Made by a program: the position numbers and the translations under genes
Notes under the pieces: model-generated
Database searches by the model: none
What the model saw: the letters and a program-made list of their open reading frames with translations, nothing else
Told to the model about the DNA's origin: nothing
Source of the DNA: Octopus sinensis
Lineage: Eukaryota
Length of the DNA stretch: 64,000 nucleotides
Reading direction: 5' to 3'
Assembly (NCBI RefSeq): GCF_006345805.1
Contig: NC_042997.1
Span: 106,950,001-107,014,000, forward strand
In this document: piece after piece, positions 34,556 to 46,499 of the stretch
Position numbering within the stretch: position 1 is the first letter of the stretch
Layout of the letters: each line of letters begins with the position of its first letter

Positions 34556-36108
34556 GGGTCAGGAATTATTACATCCCTCAATAGTTTACTGACAATGTCT
34601 CTCTACAAGGTTCGGTGAGGCTCACAGTATTGCTCCCACATCTGAAATTGTGCAGCTACAACGAACACAGATATTCTGAACCGCTGCACCCAAAGAAGGG
34701 TTTCTCGACTAATTGGTATTCAACCACTTAGGGACATGCTACTGTCTCCTCTCTTGTATTTTCTGTAATGGTCTCTGATCTTCGGAGCTAGACAGTCTCG
34801 TACGTCCACTACTTAGACACCCTGACCAGTTCATCTTTTCACGTCTTACCATTCTTGGTGCATCCAATACCTTCGGTCCCACGCTAGTCATCATTCAAAG
34901 TCCTTTGTATCCAGATCACCAACCTTCCTAAATCTTCTCCCTGCTCACTTCTTTCCTACAGGTGTTGGTTTGCATTAACAACCTCGAACTTACCGGTCTC
35001 AGACGCCCTGCACACGTCTTGGACAACGCCCCTTCCTTTAAGCTCAACAAATAAGATAAAATGGATATATGTATGAGAGAGTATATATGAGTATAGGTAT
35101 ATATGTATGAATATATGTGTGAGTGGATGTGTGTGTAGATATATATGTGCATGTGTGTGAGTGTGTGTGTGTGTGTGTATGCGTATATATATATATATAT
35201 ATATATAGGAATGAGATCTATCATCATTGTATATTTATGTGTGTGAGTGTATTTTGTGTGTTTGTAAATATGTGTACATATGTGTGTGTCTATGTGTGAA
35301 CATAAACATGCACGCATATACACCGACACACATACATATACGCACAAATTCACACTCAGTCTGACACACTCCCTTTCAAATGTATTGTTTAAATCATCCC
35401 ACACGCCTCCTAACACACAAACCCATTGTTTATTTAAGTCTAAACACACTCCAAAAATAAACATTAAAAAAATCCACTACACTTTAATCACATACATTAC
35501 CACATTACACAAGTCAAAAGGAAAACTCCAACTTCTATTAACACACGCATACACACATACAAATATACACAGATGTATTATAGACATCTCACATAGCTAC
35601 GAATGCAAACGCGCGCTCGAACACATACACCACAAATGCCCATAAACATATTGTTAATTTAAATAATTCCACACTTTTACTAACATAAACGCACACATAC
35701 ACACAGATTTATTCGTTTATTTAAGAGACAACGTATACAGAGACTTTACATTTTATCCTCCTCCCATTTTACCTCGACTATGTTTAAATCAAATCCGGTA
35801 GTTCTGCTGATCAAACTTTAGAGCTTTTCCATCGTTAAGTTAGTTCTCTAGTGAAATGTTATAGATCTGTTGACTGTTGAATACGAGTGAGGGACAAACA
35901 AAAAAAATCTGTTTATTCAAGCAAACACTCCGGTAGCGCAATCGATAAAATCTCGTTTAACCCAGAGATCAAAGAGGAAATTTTGCACATGTGCGTAAGC
36001 TCACAGATACAAACACACACATACACATAAATGTTTATATAAAATGAATGTTGCTTAATATTGTGATATTAGTAGACCCCGTGCCGTCAAAGATGACGGC
36101 AAATTGTA

Positions 36109-36109
36109 G

Positions 36110-36154
<45 letters not shown>

Positions 36155-36220
36155 GTCTATCTGTCTATCTGTCTGTCTGTCTGTCTGTCTGTCTGGCTGG
36201 CTGGCTGGCTGGCTGTCTGC

Positions 36221-36293
<73 letters not shown>
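36109..36293. repeat. (CTAT)n-(CTGT)n-(CTGG)n-(CTAT)n compound microsatellite at the 5' end of a Helitron
   Basis: Seen directly. Confidence 0.95.
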
Positions 36294-37171
36294 ATATATT
36301 AAAAGTCAGATTGAATCTTGCTTGCAATGTTACTCAGCCAAACTGGCGCATAATGTGAAATCACTATGAATTACGTTTACCTTGAAATGTAAATACGAAC
36401 GAAATGAAACAAATTTCGCGTAAATCTGATAAGTAGTTGTGAAGGTATTAAGGGTTTCAGGGTATAAATACCCAAAACGGTGGATAATAGGAAAAATCTC
36501 CGAAATTAACTTAATTCTGACAAGAAAGTAACTCTTACCTTTCGATTAGACACTGACTTGACAACGAAAAAATACAATTTGCTTCTTTACAGTAAATAAT
36601 CATTTGGAAATATTTTTAAGTCAATGTGATTTCAAAAATGTAAGTTGTTTGTCCAATAAGTATTTATATTTTAGCTTTCTTTAGACAGACAATATTTTAA
36701 TGTTTTTTTTTTAAATTATTTTCAAGTGAATACCATTACAAAAATTTTTTTGGCATATCTAAAATATATTTTAAAGTGAAAATGACTTTAAAAATACGGT
36801 AAATATTTCGTAAAAGACCCGTTCGTAACCTCGGTGTGAAATAGTTTTTTTTTCCATAGGGTTTTTTCGAGAGAATTCAACGTTTCTCACCTCCAAAGAT
36901 TTGGCTGCCATTTCTAGCACGCCTTGCTACCGCGTAACAGCTATTTGCGATAAAGGACCCGAAATACCTGTTACGTGGTAGCAGGGCATGCAAGAAACAG
37001 CAGCCAAACCTTTCCTTTTCTGGAGAAAGGATCTGCTTACGCGTGATTTCGATGTCACATTCGTTGAAAGCATGTAAAATAACCTGGGAAAGAAAAAAAA
37101 ATACACCAAAATAAACTTCGTTGCGGGGAAAATCAGTTTCACTGTGACAAAACTGGTCATGGGTAATCTAG
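36291..37171 (+). mobile_element. Non-autonomous Helitron, family H2, copy 1
   Basis: 5' TCATATATTAAAAGTCAG; 3' decayed hairpin CACTGTGACAAAACTGGTCATGG followed by CTAG (37168-37171). Confidence 0.8.
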
Positions 37172-38050
37172 TAATACATTAAAAGTCAGATTGAATCTTG
37201 CTTGCTTATAATGTTACTCAGCCAAACTGGCACATAATGGGGAAATACTATGAATTACGTTTACTCTGAAATGTTAATACGAACGGAATGAAACAAATGT
37301 CGCGTAAATTGGATAATGGTTGTGGAAATATTAAGAGGTTTCGGGGTATAAATACCCAAACCGGTGCATAATGGGAAAAGTCTCCGAAATTAATTTAATC
37401 CTGAAATTACCATTCGATTAGACACTGACTTGATAACGAAAAAATACGATTTTTTTTTAACAGTAAATGTTTTCTATTTTCCCTTTTGTTAAACACGATA
37501 TTTTAATCATTTAGAAATATTTTAAAGTCAATGTGATTTCAAAAATGTAAGTTGTTTGTGCAATAAATATATATTTCAGCTTTCTTTAAACAGACAATGT
37601 TTTAATGTTGTCTTTTTTTTATTATTTTCAGCGAATACCATTGCAAAAATTTTTTTGGCATATATACAATATATTTTAAAGTGAAAATGTCTTAAAAAAT
37701 ACTGTAAATATTTCATAAAAGACCCGTTCGTAACCTCGGTGTGAAATAATTTTTTCCATAGGTTTTTTTTTCCGAGTGAATTCAGCGTATTTCACCTCCA
37801 AAGATTTGGCTGCTACTTCTAGCACGCCCTGCTACCAGGTAACTGCTATTTGCGATGAAGGACCCGAAATACCTGTCACGTGGTAGCGGGGTGTGCAAGA
37901 AATAGCAGCCAAATCTTTCCTTTTCTGGGGGAAAAGAGATGTTTACGCGTGATTTCGATGTCACATTCGTTGAAAGCATGCAAAATAACCCGGGAAAGAA
38001 AAAATATCCACGAAACAAATCTCCGTTGATGGAAAACTCAGACGTTTCCG
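37172..38050 (+). mobile_element. Non-autonomous Helitron, family H2, copy 2 (head-to-tail with copy 1; 3' end lost)
   Basis: Collinear with 36291-37171 but visibly diverged; starts immediately after copy 1's CTAG. Confidence 0.8.
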
Positions 38051-38088
38051 GAGTTTGTGTATGTATGTGTGATTGTAATATTTATTTT

Positions 38089-39357
38089 GGATCTTTTCAT
38101 TTTCGTCGCCAGGACCCCAGATCTTTCTAGTTAACTAAATAATTTGAAACTTCGTGTGCTGGTAGAGTGTCTCAAAACAAAAGACTAGTTCCAACTTGTT
38201 TATTTGAGAAAATTCTATTTTATGACTTTAATCGTAGATTAAAACTGCGAATTTTAACCAATCAGGTTGTTTGTTTTCATATCTAATACTTTACTGCATT
38301 CTGTTAGTGTGACGTAGAAAGCTATTTTGTGACGTAGGCAACTGTGCACATTTTTGCTAATAAGCACGTGTGTTAGTCTGGCTATTTTCTTCTGTTTAAG
38401 ACGAACTAATTAATTAGACCACTTCACGATCATTTTATAAATTAAGACGAGCAAATTATATTACTGTAACATCGAACCGTAAGTCTGACTATTTTCTTAT
38501 TTAATTTCTGTTTAAGACGAACTATCGATATTTCATTTTGGAAGTGTGTATGTATGGCCGATTCAGTGTAATTTTTTACTCGGTTTATGTGTATATGTAT
38601 GTCTGAATGTATGTGTGTGTGTATGTGTGTGTGTATGTGTGTATATATGTATGTATGTATGGCCGATTCAGTGTAATTTTTTACTCGGTGTATGTGTATA
38701 TGTATGTCTGCATGTATGTGTGTGTGTGTATGTATCTATGTATGTGTGTGTGTAAGTATGTGTAAAAAATTACACTGAATCGGCCATACATACATACATA
38801 CATACACACACACATACATACACACACATACATACACACACATACATACACACACATACATACATAGATACATACACACACACATACATACATATACACA
38901 TACACCGAGTAAAAAATTTCATCGTTTTAACTCGAAATAAACTAAACACTGAATCGGCCATACATACATACACACACACACACATACATACACACACATA
39001 CATACACACACACACATACATAGATACATACACACACACACACATACATATACACATACACCGAGTAATAAAAAATTTCAGTTGTGTTTACATTTCACAT
39101 CCCATGTGTTTACTACGTCACCAAATTGGTGGTCACGTCTATTGAGACGGAGTAAATAATATCAAGCCGAAAGATAGAATACTATTGGTTAAAATTCTAA
39201 TTATTAAACAATGTTAAACTTAGAAGTTACAATTCCGTTTTCATTCTGGTTTACAATTAAGTTTACTTTTGACACATTCTACCAGTATACGAAGTTTCAA
39301 ATTGTTTGGTTCAGTAGGAAAAATTTGAAAAAATTGGCTACGAAAATGAAAAGATCC
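38089..39357. mobile_element. Long-TIR foldback (MULE/FB-like) element with tandem internal subrepeats
   Basis: Ends GGATCTTTTCATTTTCGT and ACGAAAATGAAAAGATCC; 8-bp direct flank TTTATTTT on both sides; internal units GGCCGATTCAGTGT...TTACTCGG+(TATG)n, two forward then two inverted. Confidence 0.75.
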
Positions 39358-39769
39358 TTTATTTTTAACAAAACAGACAGAATATGTATAGTAAATCAAA
39401 TTAATACACTTGTAAATGTTCTCTAGTGGTTGTCTTTTGAGATGTTACATCGATCATCGTTTGTTACTGAAAGAACGCTGATTCACTCATACAATCATTC
39501 ACATACTTCCCTTGTACACGCACACACATACACACATATACTCACAGAGTTGAAACGCTGTTTGATTTTTTTCACCGTAGAATTTCCATCATCTTACTAC
39601 CAGTTTGCCATCACCCCTTCCTTCCTTATTCATCTATCACCCCCTTCCTTTCTCATTCATATGTTGTGACGGAGAAAAACACAAGAGTATTATTATACTA
39701 GATATTTTCCTCAACTGGAGGGATAGCTAGCTTGTTAGGTAGGTGTAGAAACAAATGCACACACACACA

Positions 39770-39870
39770 CACGACGGGTTCCTTTCAGTTACCAAATCCA
39801 CTCACAAGGCTTTGGTTGGCCCAAGGCTATTGAAAAGTTGCCCAAGGTGTCACGCTGCGGAACTGAACCA
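39770..39870 (-). mobile_element. Family-B SINE 5' fragment
   Basis: GACGGG.TTCCTTTCAGTT...CAAATCCACTCACAAGGCTTTGG...GCCCAAGGTG.CACGC.GCGG.ACTGAACC. Confidence 0.7.
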
Positions 39871-40290
39871 TGTTGTTGAGAAGCGTCCCTATTCATGACT
39901 ACTGAAGTCACTGCCCTTGCCGAAAGTACCTGCTGCCATTGAAAGATTCACAAAAACACGGTCGAGAATCTTTCTCGCTTGGAATTGAAGGCGGAACGAT
40001 TGTCTGTATTACAGCAAACAAATTTGGCTTGTCAATCTGGCATTCCAATTTGTGTGTGTGTGTGCGTGCACGCACGCGTGTGTGTTTACAACCTGCCGCA
40101 TGTTCGGGCCATCGGCCATTAAACCGGTAACCTTATGGAAAATGACAGACATCAAGAGGCAGAGATCAAACTTCAAAGACGCAAAGAGCGACTCGCACTT
40201 CTTCGTTCCCCACCAACTCTTCCCTGCGATAAATGCCTCCGGCTCATCAATACCGTCTTTGGCCTGAAAGGCCACCTCTTAACTTCTGTC
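39870..40290 (+). mobile_element. Decayed RTE LINE 3' fragment
   Basis: EIKLQRRKERLALL...LPCDKCLRLINTVFGLKGHL: the C-terminal CxxC...GL..H finger typical of RTE ORFs. Confidence 0.6.
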
Positions 40291-40299
40291 ACTTGTGAA

Positions 40300-41250
40300 G
40301 AAATTATGGTATCATCAGTGGAGATTGTCATGGATGATTTGCTGATTGTGTCAAGGCAAGAATAGCAGGGAGAAGGTTTGAGAAAGCTTGAGGAGTTGAT
40401 TTCATGGACTGGGATGGAGTTTAAGGAAAAAAGTTTAATGTGTGTGAAGGAAAGGCGAGTTCATGCAAACGAAGATGACATCCCATGTGTTTCAGAGCAA
40501 GGAGTGAAGCGTCTAGGACCGTGGTAGGAGGTCAATCTGAATGACAAACATTATGATGTAAGGCTTCCGGAGAAGGTAAGCGAGTGGGTGATGCTTATTG
40601 ATGAGGCATTGATTACGGAAAAAGCAAAGCTATAGTGTTGTCGATTTGAGTTGTTACTAGGAGTTAGGTAGCAGTTGCTTATATATGAGGTAGCAGTTAC
40701 ATGGGTTGGGTAGACGCAGCAAATGATGAATGTTTATGATAGAATGTGGTTGCGAGTGTGAAGAATGTTGTCCAATGTCGTTTGATTAGGCCTCTCAGGG
40801 AAATTGCGACTGCCTATGACAAAGGTGGTCGAAGGATTTAAAGCAACCAAGGTTCACTCGGTTATGATAATGAAGGAGTCTGCGGAGTGCAGAATAAGGC
40901 TTCAGTTCATATTGGGCACAAGTGGAAGACGATAGAAACCGCAACGAAGTCGGTGCACATGTGAAATGAAAAGAGATTTGGAATTCATTGCAAACTAGCA
41001 GAAAAAGTGTGGGTTTCTTGTCTACTGATTAGCGTATAGGATGGTATGGACAGACGGAATTTAGTGGTAGAAGCTGTCAGAAACAAGAAGGGTAAAGTCA
41101 CAAAGGTAGTTCAGCTGGAAGTTCAATATTTACAGATAAAGTGAAATGAAGTGGGTCAAAAATTCATCTCTTGGAAGATGTCATTGTCAGTCGAAACATT
41201 AATGAGATCTGGTGTACTCGTAAAAATCATCCGGTATTGGCAGAGATGGC
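40300..41250 (+). mobile_element. Decayed RLE-type (HERO/R2-like) non-LTR retrotransposon fragment
   Basis: MDDLLI...LRKLEELISWTGMEFK.KS; K.KL.C.RF.LL...QLLIYEV; KLRLPMTKVVEGFKATK; many stops. Confidence 0.6.
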
Positions 41251-41308
41251 CTTCGCAAATTATATTTTATAAATAGTAAGATTTGTTGTTGTGTATGTGA
41301 AGTAATAA

Positions 41309-41523
41309 TCTTTTCTACTAAAGGCACAAGGCTTGAAATTTTGAGAGAGGGGACTAGACAATTACATCGATCCCGGTGTTCAACTGGTACTTATTTTATC
41401 GACCCCGAAAGGATGAAAGACAACGTTGACCTTGGCGGAATTTGAACTCAGAACATGAAGACGGACGAAATGTCGTTAAGCATTTTACCCGGCTTGCTAA
41501 TGATTCTGCCAACTCGCCGCCTT
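41309..41523 (-). mobile_element. Family-A SINE, well conserved
   Basis: CTTTTCTACTAAAGGCACAAGGC...ACCCCGAAAGGATGAAAG...GATTCTGCCAACTCGCCGCC. Confidence 0.88.
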
Positions 41524-41702
41524 CATGTGTAGTAATAATAGTTGTTGTTAGTTTTCTAATATAGATATGGACGAAGATGGCATTTTTTATTTAATGAGTT
41601 TTTAGATAATGTTTAAATAATCTGTAATGTCTTATACATATTACCAGAGGGTCCAACATGGCTGTCTATGCTAGTATCAATAATGTAGCCTAAATATGAA
41701 TG

Positions 41703-41765
<63 letters not shown>

Positions 41766-41815
41766 TGATGATGATGATGATGATAATAATAATAACATCA
41801 ACAACAACAACAACA
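41703..41815. repeat. (AAT)n(GAT)n(CAA)n compound microsatellite
   Basis: Seen directly. Confidence 0.95.
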
Positions 41816-41977
41816 TCTAAGAAAATAGCATTTGTTCATTGTTCACGGGGGCGTGTGATAAAGTGACATTTTAAATCTAATGTATTAATACAACATAATT
41901 TCCATAGTATCGACCAATTAGTAAAAGTTATTGTTCTCGAAACTAATAACCGGTTTTATTAAAAATTTATAATAATA

Positions 41978-42090
41978 GTAATAATAATAATTTCTTTTAT
42001 TGGCCACTAGGGTGACGGGTAATGGGAAATTGCAAAGACAAATTAGAAGACTAATGATAATAAAAAAGGAAAGGGGAGAAGCGGATGGGA
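41978..42090 (-). mobile_element. Tx1 LINE 3'-end remnant
   Basis: Reverse complement ...CCCTAGTGGCCAATAAAAGAA(ATT)n, matching the 3' ends at 14051 and 16151. Confidence 0.55.
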
Positions 42091-42259
42091 AATGGATAAA
42101 GTTTGAGAATATTCTACTGTGTTATGTCTTACTGACATGATTTCAGAATTTCTGTATTAAAATAGGCCGGCAACTTATTGTTATATTGCATGACATTGCG
42201 CGCGCACACACACACACACAACTAAGTACATAAATGCAAAACATGGTGGAAAAAATAGT

Positions 42260-42426
42260 ACTCGAATACCAAAGGTAGAATAATGTACTTTTTATTAAAG
42301 CTGCAAAATTATCGCAGAACTGTTGCTCAGAGTTTTACGTTACCGTTTGTTGGATAGCTGCGGTAAATATTTATTACAACTGTCCGACGAAACTCTGAGT
42401 AATAGTTGTGTGATAATTTTGTAGCT
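42260..42426. mobile_element. Inverted pair of PLE-type terminal repeats with decayed hammerhead-like motifs
   Basis: 37-bp arms at 42299-42335 and 42390-42426 (5 mismatches), each including GAAAC-TCTGAG-TA-ACAGTT-like sequence. Confidence 0.55.
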
Positions 42427-42479
42427 CATATATATGCGTGTGTATGCGTGTATACACACACGCACACACACACAATCTC

Positions 42480-43416
42480 GAGTATAACCAGCCGAAACTG
42501 CAAAGATAATCTAGAACTTGACTGAGGATAGAAAACTCCGAATGATCCGTCCTTGTTTTCCTTCGATCGTCTGTCTGGATATTTTGTTTTCCTTTTTTTG
42601 TTTCACCTAACTGTCTGGATGTTTTGCGTTCTTGTCCCATTTTTGTATTTTTATATATAAAATATTGCGGCGTACGTACACTTTGGTCTCTTATATGTAA
42701 GTATATATATCTAAATTTTGTACGACTTTATTGTTCTTTGAATTCTTTCTTTCTTTCCTTCTTTCTTTCAGCTCTTTCACACTTCGTTCATTCCACTCTT
42801 CGTTCTTTCGTTCCCCCTCTCTCACATTTTCTGGCCTTCTCTTCATGCTCACTTTCCCTCTTTCACTTCACTGTGTCTCATTCATTTTTCTCTCGCCCCT
42901 CCTTAATTCTTCTATCCTTCTGCCTCTACCTCTCTCTCTTCTCTCCCCACGTGTTCGGCCAGGACTGACCTTTCTTTCTTGGTTGGACTACTGTCCGTGC
43001 AACATCTATATTCCTTCATGTGCTTGTTAAATCTTATGTCCCTGCCGTAAGGCTTTACTTCCACACACGCCAGCTTAATTTAATTCGTCCTTAATCGAAA
43101 GACACCTGTTGTTATGTCCTGTTATTTATATTTGTGTAACATTTCTGTTGTTTTTTTTATCGTCCTTGCTTCGTATGCATTCGCTGCTTTCTTCCAAGGA
43201 ATCTAATGCTCTTAGCTTATTTTTCCTTGTGGCTGGCCAGATTGGAGCTATCTTGAGTATAACCATCCGAAATTGCAAAGATTATCTGGAACTCGACTGA
43301 GGATAGAAAACTCCGAATGATCCGTCCTTGTTTTCCTTCGATTGTCTATCTAGATATTTTGTTTTCTTTTTTATGTTTCACCTGTCTGGATGTTTTGCGT
43401 TCTTGTCCCATTTTTG

Positions 43417-43419
<3 letters not shown>
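42480..43419 (+). repeat. ~168-bp dispersed direct repeat pair (42480-42648 and 43255-43419) bracketing ~600 bp
   Basis: GAGTATAACCA.CCGAAA.TGCAAAGAT...GACTGAGGATAGAAAACTCCGAATGATCCGTCC...CCCATTTTTGTAT occurs twice. Confidence 0.85.
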
Positions 43420-43492
<73 letters not shown>

Positions 43493-44085
43493 TAGTATAC
43501 TTGTACTATAAAAAATTACGGTAAGTAAGAAATAAGTTGAATCTGGTATTTTATAGATGCATCTACATTACATGAACTCTACATGTTTGATACAGACTTT
43601 TTGCCACACATCATATGTTACCAAGACTAGATTCTCACCAAAGTTCAATTCCCAAAAGTAGTATATTTTGTTAATAATCGATGTAGCTTACATTTCAGAA
43701 CTGTTACGGTGAAACATACAGCCATCATAATTCAAAACTTTTACTCAAAATACGTTCACTGCATATATTTCTTGTGTTTAATATGAACGATGTATTTTAG
43801 TATAAAATACATCCCAACTTGCATGTACTAAAATATATATATTTGCTGTACATTTTTTCATACATCATCCTGTGATGCTCCTAGACACATATTCAGTTAT
43901 GTTTCCTTGGAGTGATTAGGTGTTTCGGGTCTTTCAACATCAGACACCCTCATCCAGGCGACCCAGCCATGGTTGATCATGTTCTAGTTTGTGTCCTGTT
44001 AGTACTACCCTGGTAGCACTGACCTCACCTCCTGACCCACAACCACCTCGAGGCAACCAATGCTACCTCTACAAGTGCCTCCCCT

Positions 44086-44309
44086 CAGGGCCGGCGCTAG
44101 GAAGTGCAAGCCCCAATTAGAGAATTGTCAGTGAAGCCCTCTATTCTACAAAAGCTGAAGATTGGAACCTTATGCTTCGTGTGGTACGCCAGTCCCGGCC
44201 AAAAAGCGTTAAGGGATATACTAAAAGTTCATCATATCGTCCTCCGCTCGAGCCTGTGCGTGGGGCTCATTTTGAATACATCTGTATAATTGGTTTAAAA
44301 CCAGCCCTG
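44086..44309. mobile_element. Possible hAT-type MITE
   Basis: Ends CAGGGCCGG and CCAGCCCTG (imperfect TIR); no convincing 8-bp TSD. Confidence 0.35.
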
Positions 44310-45145
44310 CTCTCCCAAGAGAGCACTGGGTATGTCGAAAAGAGCTTTAAGCATTAGGGGGCAGTGAGGTAACGTAATTAACATACTAATATTACCTATA
44401 GTAGTAATTGTATTATACATGATAAAACTAGTAATGGTAATTAAAATAAAATGAGAGATAAGTATATATCGTGACTAAGAACATGTTTGAACAAGAATAA
44501 TTAATTTTTAATGTTATATTTCTGCCTTGAATAGTATTTTTAGGTTAGCAGTCTTGCTTGTTTTTTATATATATATATATATATTGTGAAAGACATTTGA
44601 GTAAAATCTATAAATTTAGTTTAGTCATGAGATCTCACTTGCCACATCGGTGGGCGCTAGGCTTAACAACTGCTTAAAAAAAGTGGGATACAACCCCCCC
44701 ACCCAAAGGTTAAGAACTACTGCTGTTGGCTCTGTAGAGGGATGATCTTGCAAACCCTCTCATCCCACCTCGATGGAATCACACCTGTCTCACCTCCCAC
44801 TGCACATATATAATTATACCATTTTAATATTGCACGTGTGGATTGTACACTGCATCATACATTATTGAATGTAGCTTTCACGCTCCTTCTTTGAGTCTGT
44901 TCTGTGAACGTAGATGGGAAGATGTACTCTTGATACTTTTTACTATATATACAGTGGCTTGTATATATAGTTAAATAGATCTTTTATTGCAGCATTTCTT
45001 TGTTGTGAAGAATGTTTCCATTCAGATTTCCTTGATCCTCACTCCTTTCAATGCTCAACCTTAGATTATTCATATTTCTAGTATATATACAATTAATGCT
45101 CAGCGAAGTTTATTATGGAAGAAACGTGTGTTTGTGTGTGTGTTT

Positions 45146-45201
<56 letters not shown>

Positions 45202-45267
45202 TGTGTGTGAGCGTGTATACACATCAACTGAAACATGTATATATTTTCAATATCTAAACAACCTTTT

Positions 45268-46010
45268 AGAAGCGCACCTCAGAAAAGGATGTGGTACATA
45301 GAATTGGAGCTGCACACGGGACATTTGGAAAGCTAATCAAACGCGTCTTCAATAAGAAAATTATGGTCTATAATGTTGTCATTTCACCCTTGATATATGG
45401 TTGCGAAGCCTGGACTTTACATCGTCGTGACAGCCTAAAATTAGGGCGCTTTCAACAGCAAAAGCTTCGTTCAATATTGAGCATTAAATGGAAACACTAT
45501 GTGACTAACAACGAAGTCCTGGAAAGATGCAACAGTCAAAGCAGCCAATCACCGATCATGAAACATTGTCTCCTATAGTCAGGACATGTCGCAAGAATGG
45601 AAACGTCAAGGTTTCCACGCCAAGTCTTATTTAGCGAACTCACTTCAGGGAAAAGACTACGGAATTGTTCTCTTCGAAGGTGCAAGAACCAACTCAAAAC
45701 AACACTGAAAGCCATTGGACTTGAGCCTAAATCGTTTGAACCACAACCCCGAGATCGTACCACGGGGCGGTGTCCCATCACCATCGGAACAAAAATCTTC
45801 GAAACCACCATAAGAGAAAAGGAAGTAATCAAACGACAGGAGAGAAAGGCTCGAGAAAATCAACCTTGTTCTCCACCAAATTTACCATGCAGCCAATGTC
45901 ATCGACTCTTCTATACAAGAATTGGTCTACATTGTCATCAATGCCATCACTATAAAGGAAGCGTTCAGCAAAGAAGAAACTAAATTCTCGGCGACGGCAG
46001 GTGCGATAGG
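45268..46010 (+). mobile_element. RTE-clade LINE 3' fragment, frameshifted
   Basis: RIGAAHGTFGKL..RVF, LIYGCEAWTL, LRSILSIKW, RFPRQVLFSEL..GKR, LPCSQCHRLFYTRIGLHCH. Confidence 0.85.
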
Positions 46011-46055
46011 TGAAAACTGTGCATAATATATAATGTATTACACTCGTCTGTTAAA

Positions 46056-46116
<61 letters not shown>

Positions 46117-46499
46117 CACACAAGTATATACACATACCTGCGTTATGTATATATATATATATATACATACATACGCATATGTGCACTCTATGTTTTATAC
46201 ACGTCTGTTAAAATATTTCTTCTTGGGTATTTTAACATACCCAAGTAAGCATGCATGTAAATTCATACGTTTGTGTTTTCATCTGTGTAAATGCTGTAGC
46301 TTTTGATGTAGGTGGGCTCTCGCTGCTACCCAATAAGTTTGTTTATATAACGGGTCTAAACAATTGTTATAGAGTGCGATCGCTATATGGTCACAATATT
46401 TTTCAAAACAGTGAGTCAATAGTTTTGGGTACAGTATACAGGGTATTATGCAAATAAAGATGTGGATGGTGGGTGGGAAGGATAGAGTGCCATAAGGTC

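Noticed and set aside
34995-35045. Possible decayed hammerhead or PLE end near 34.6-35.0 kb
   Set aside because: Too degenerate, and its orientation conflicts with the weak PLE-like translation nearby.
29731-36302. Many long ORFs (poly-His, poly-Met, MYVC/HTYI repeats, YIYI runs)
   Set aside because: They are translations of (GAT)n, (TATG)n, (TA)n and (CTAT)n microsatellites, which lack stops in some frames; not genes.
12718-41523. tRNA-like A/B boxes as tRNA genes
   Set aside because: They are heads of tRNA-derived SINEs followed by SINE cores and tails; no complete cloverleaf.
43919-43948. Minus-strand GGTGTCTGATGTTGAAAGACCCGAAACACC, hammerhead-like
   Set aside because: The core lacks the A of CUGANGA, and no stem I or stem II can be drawn.
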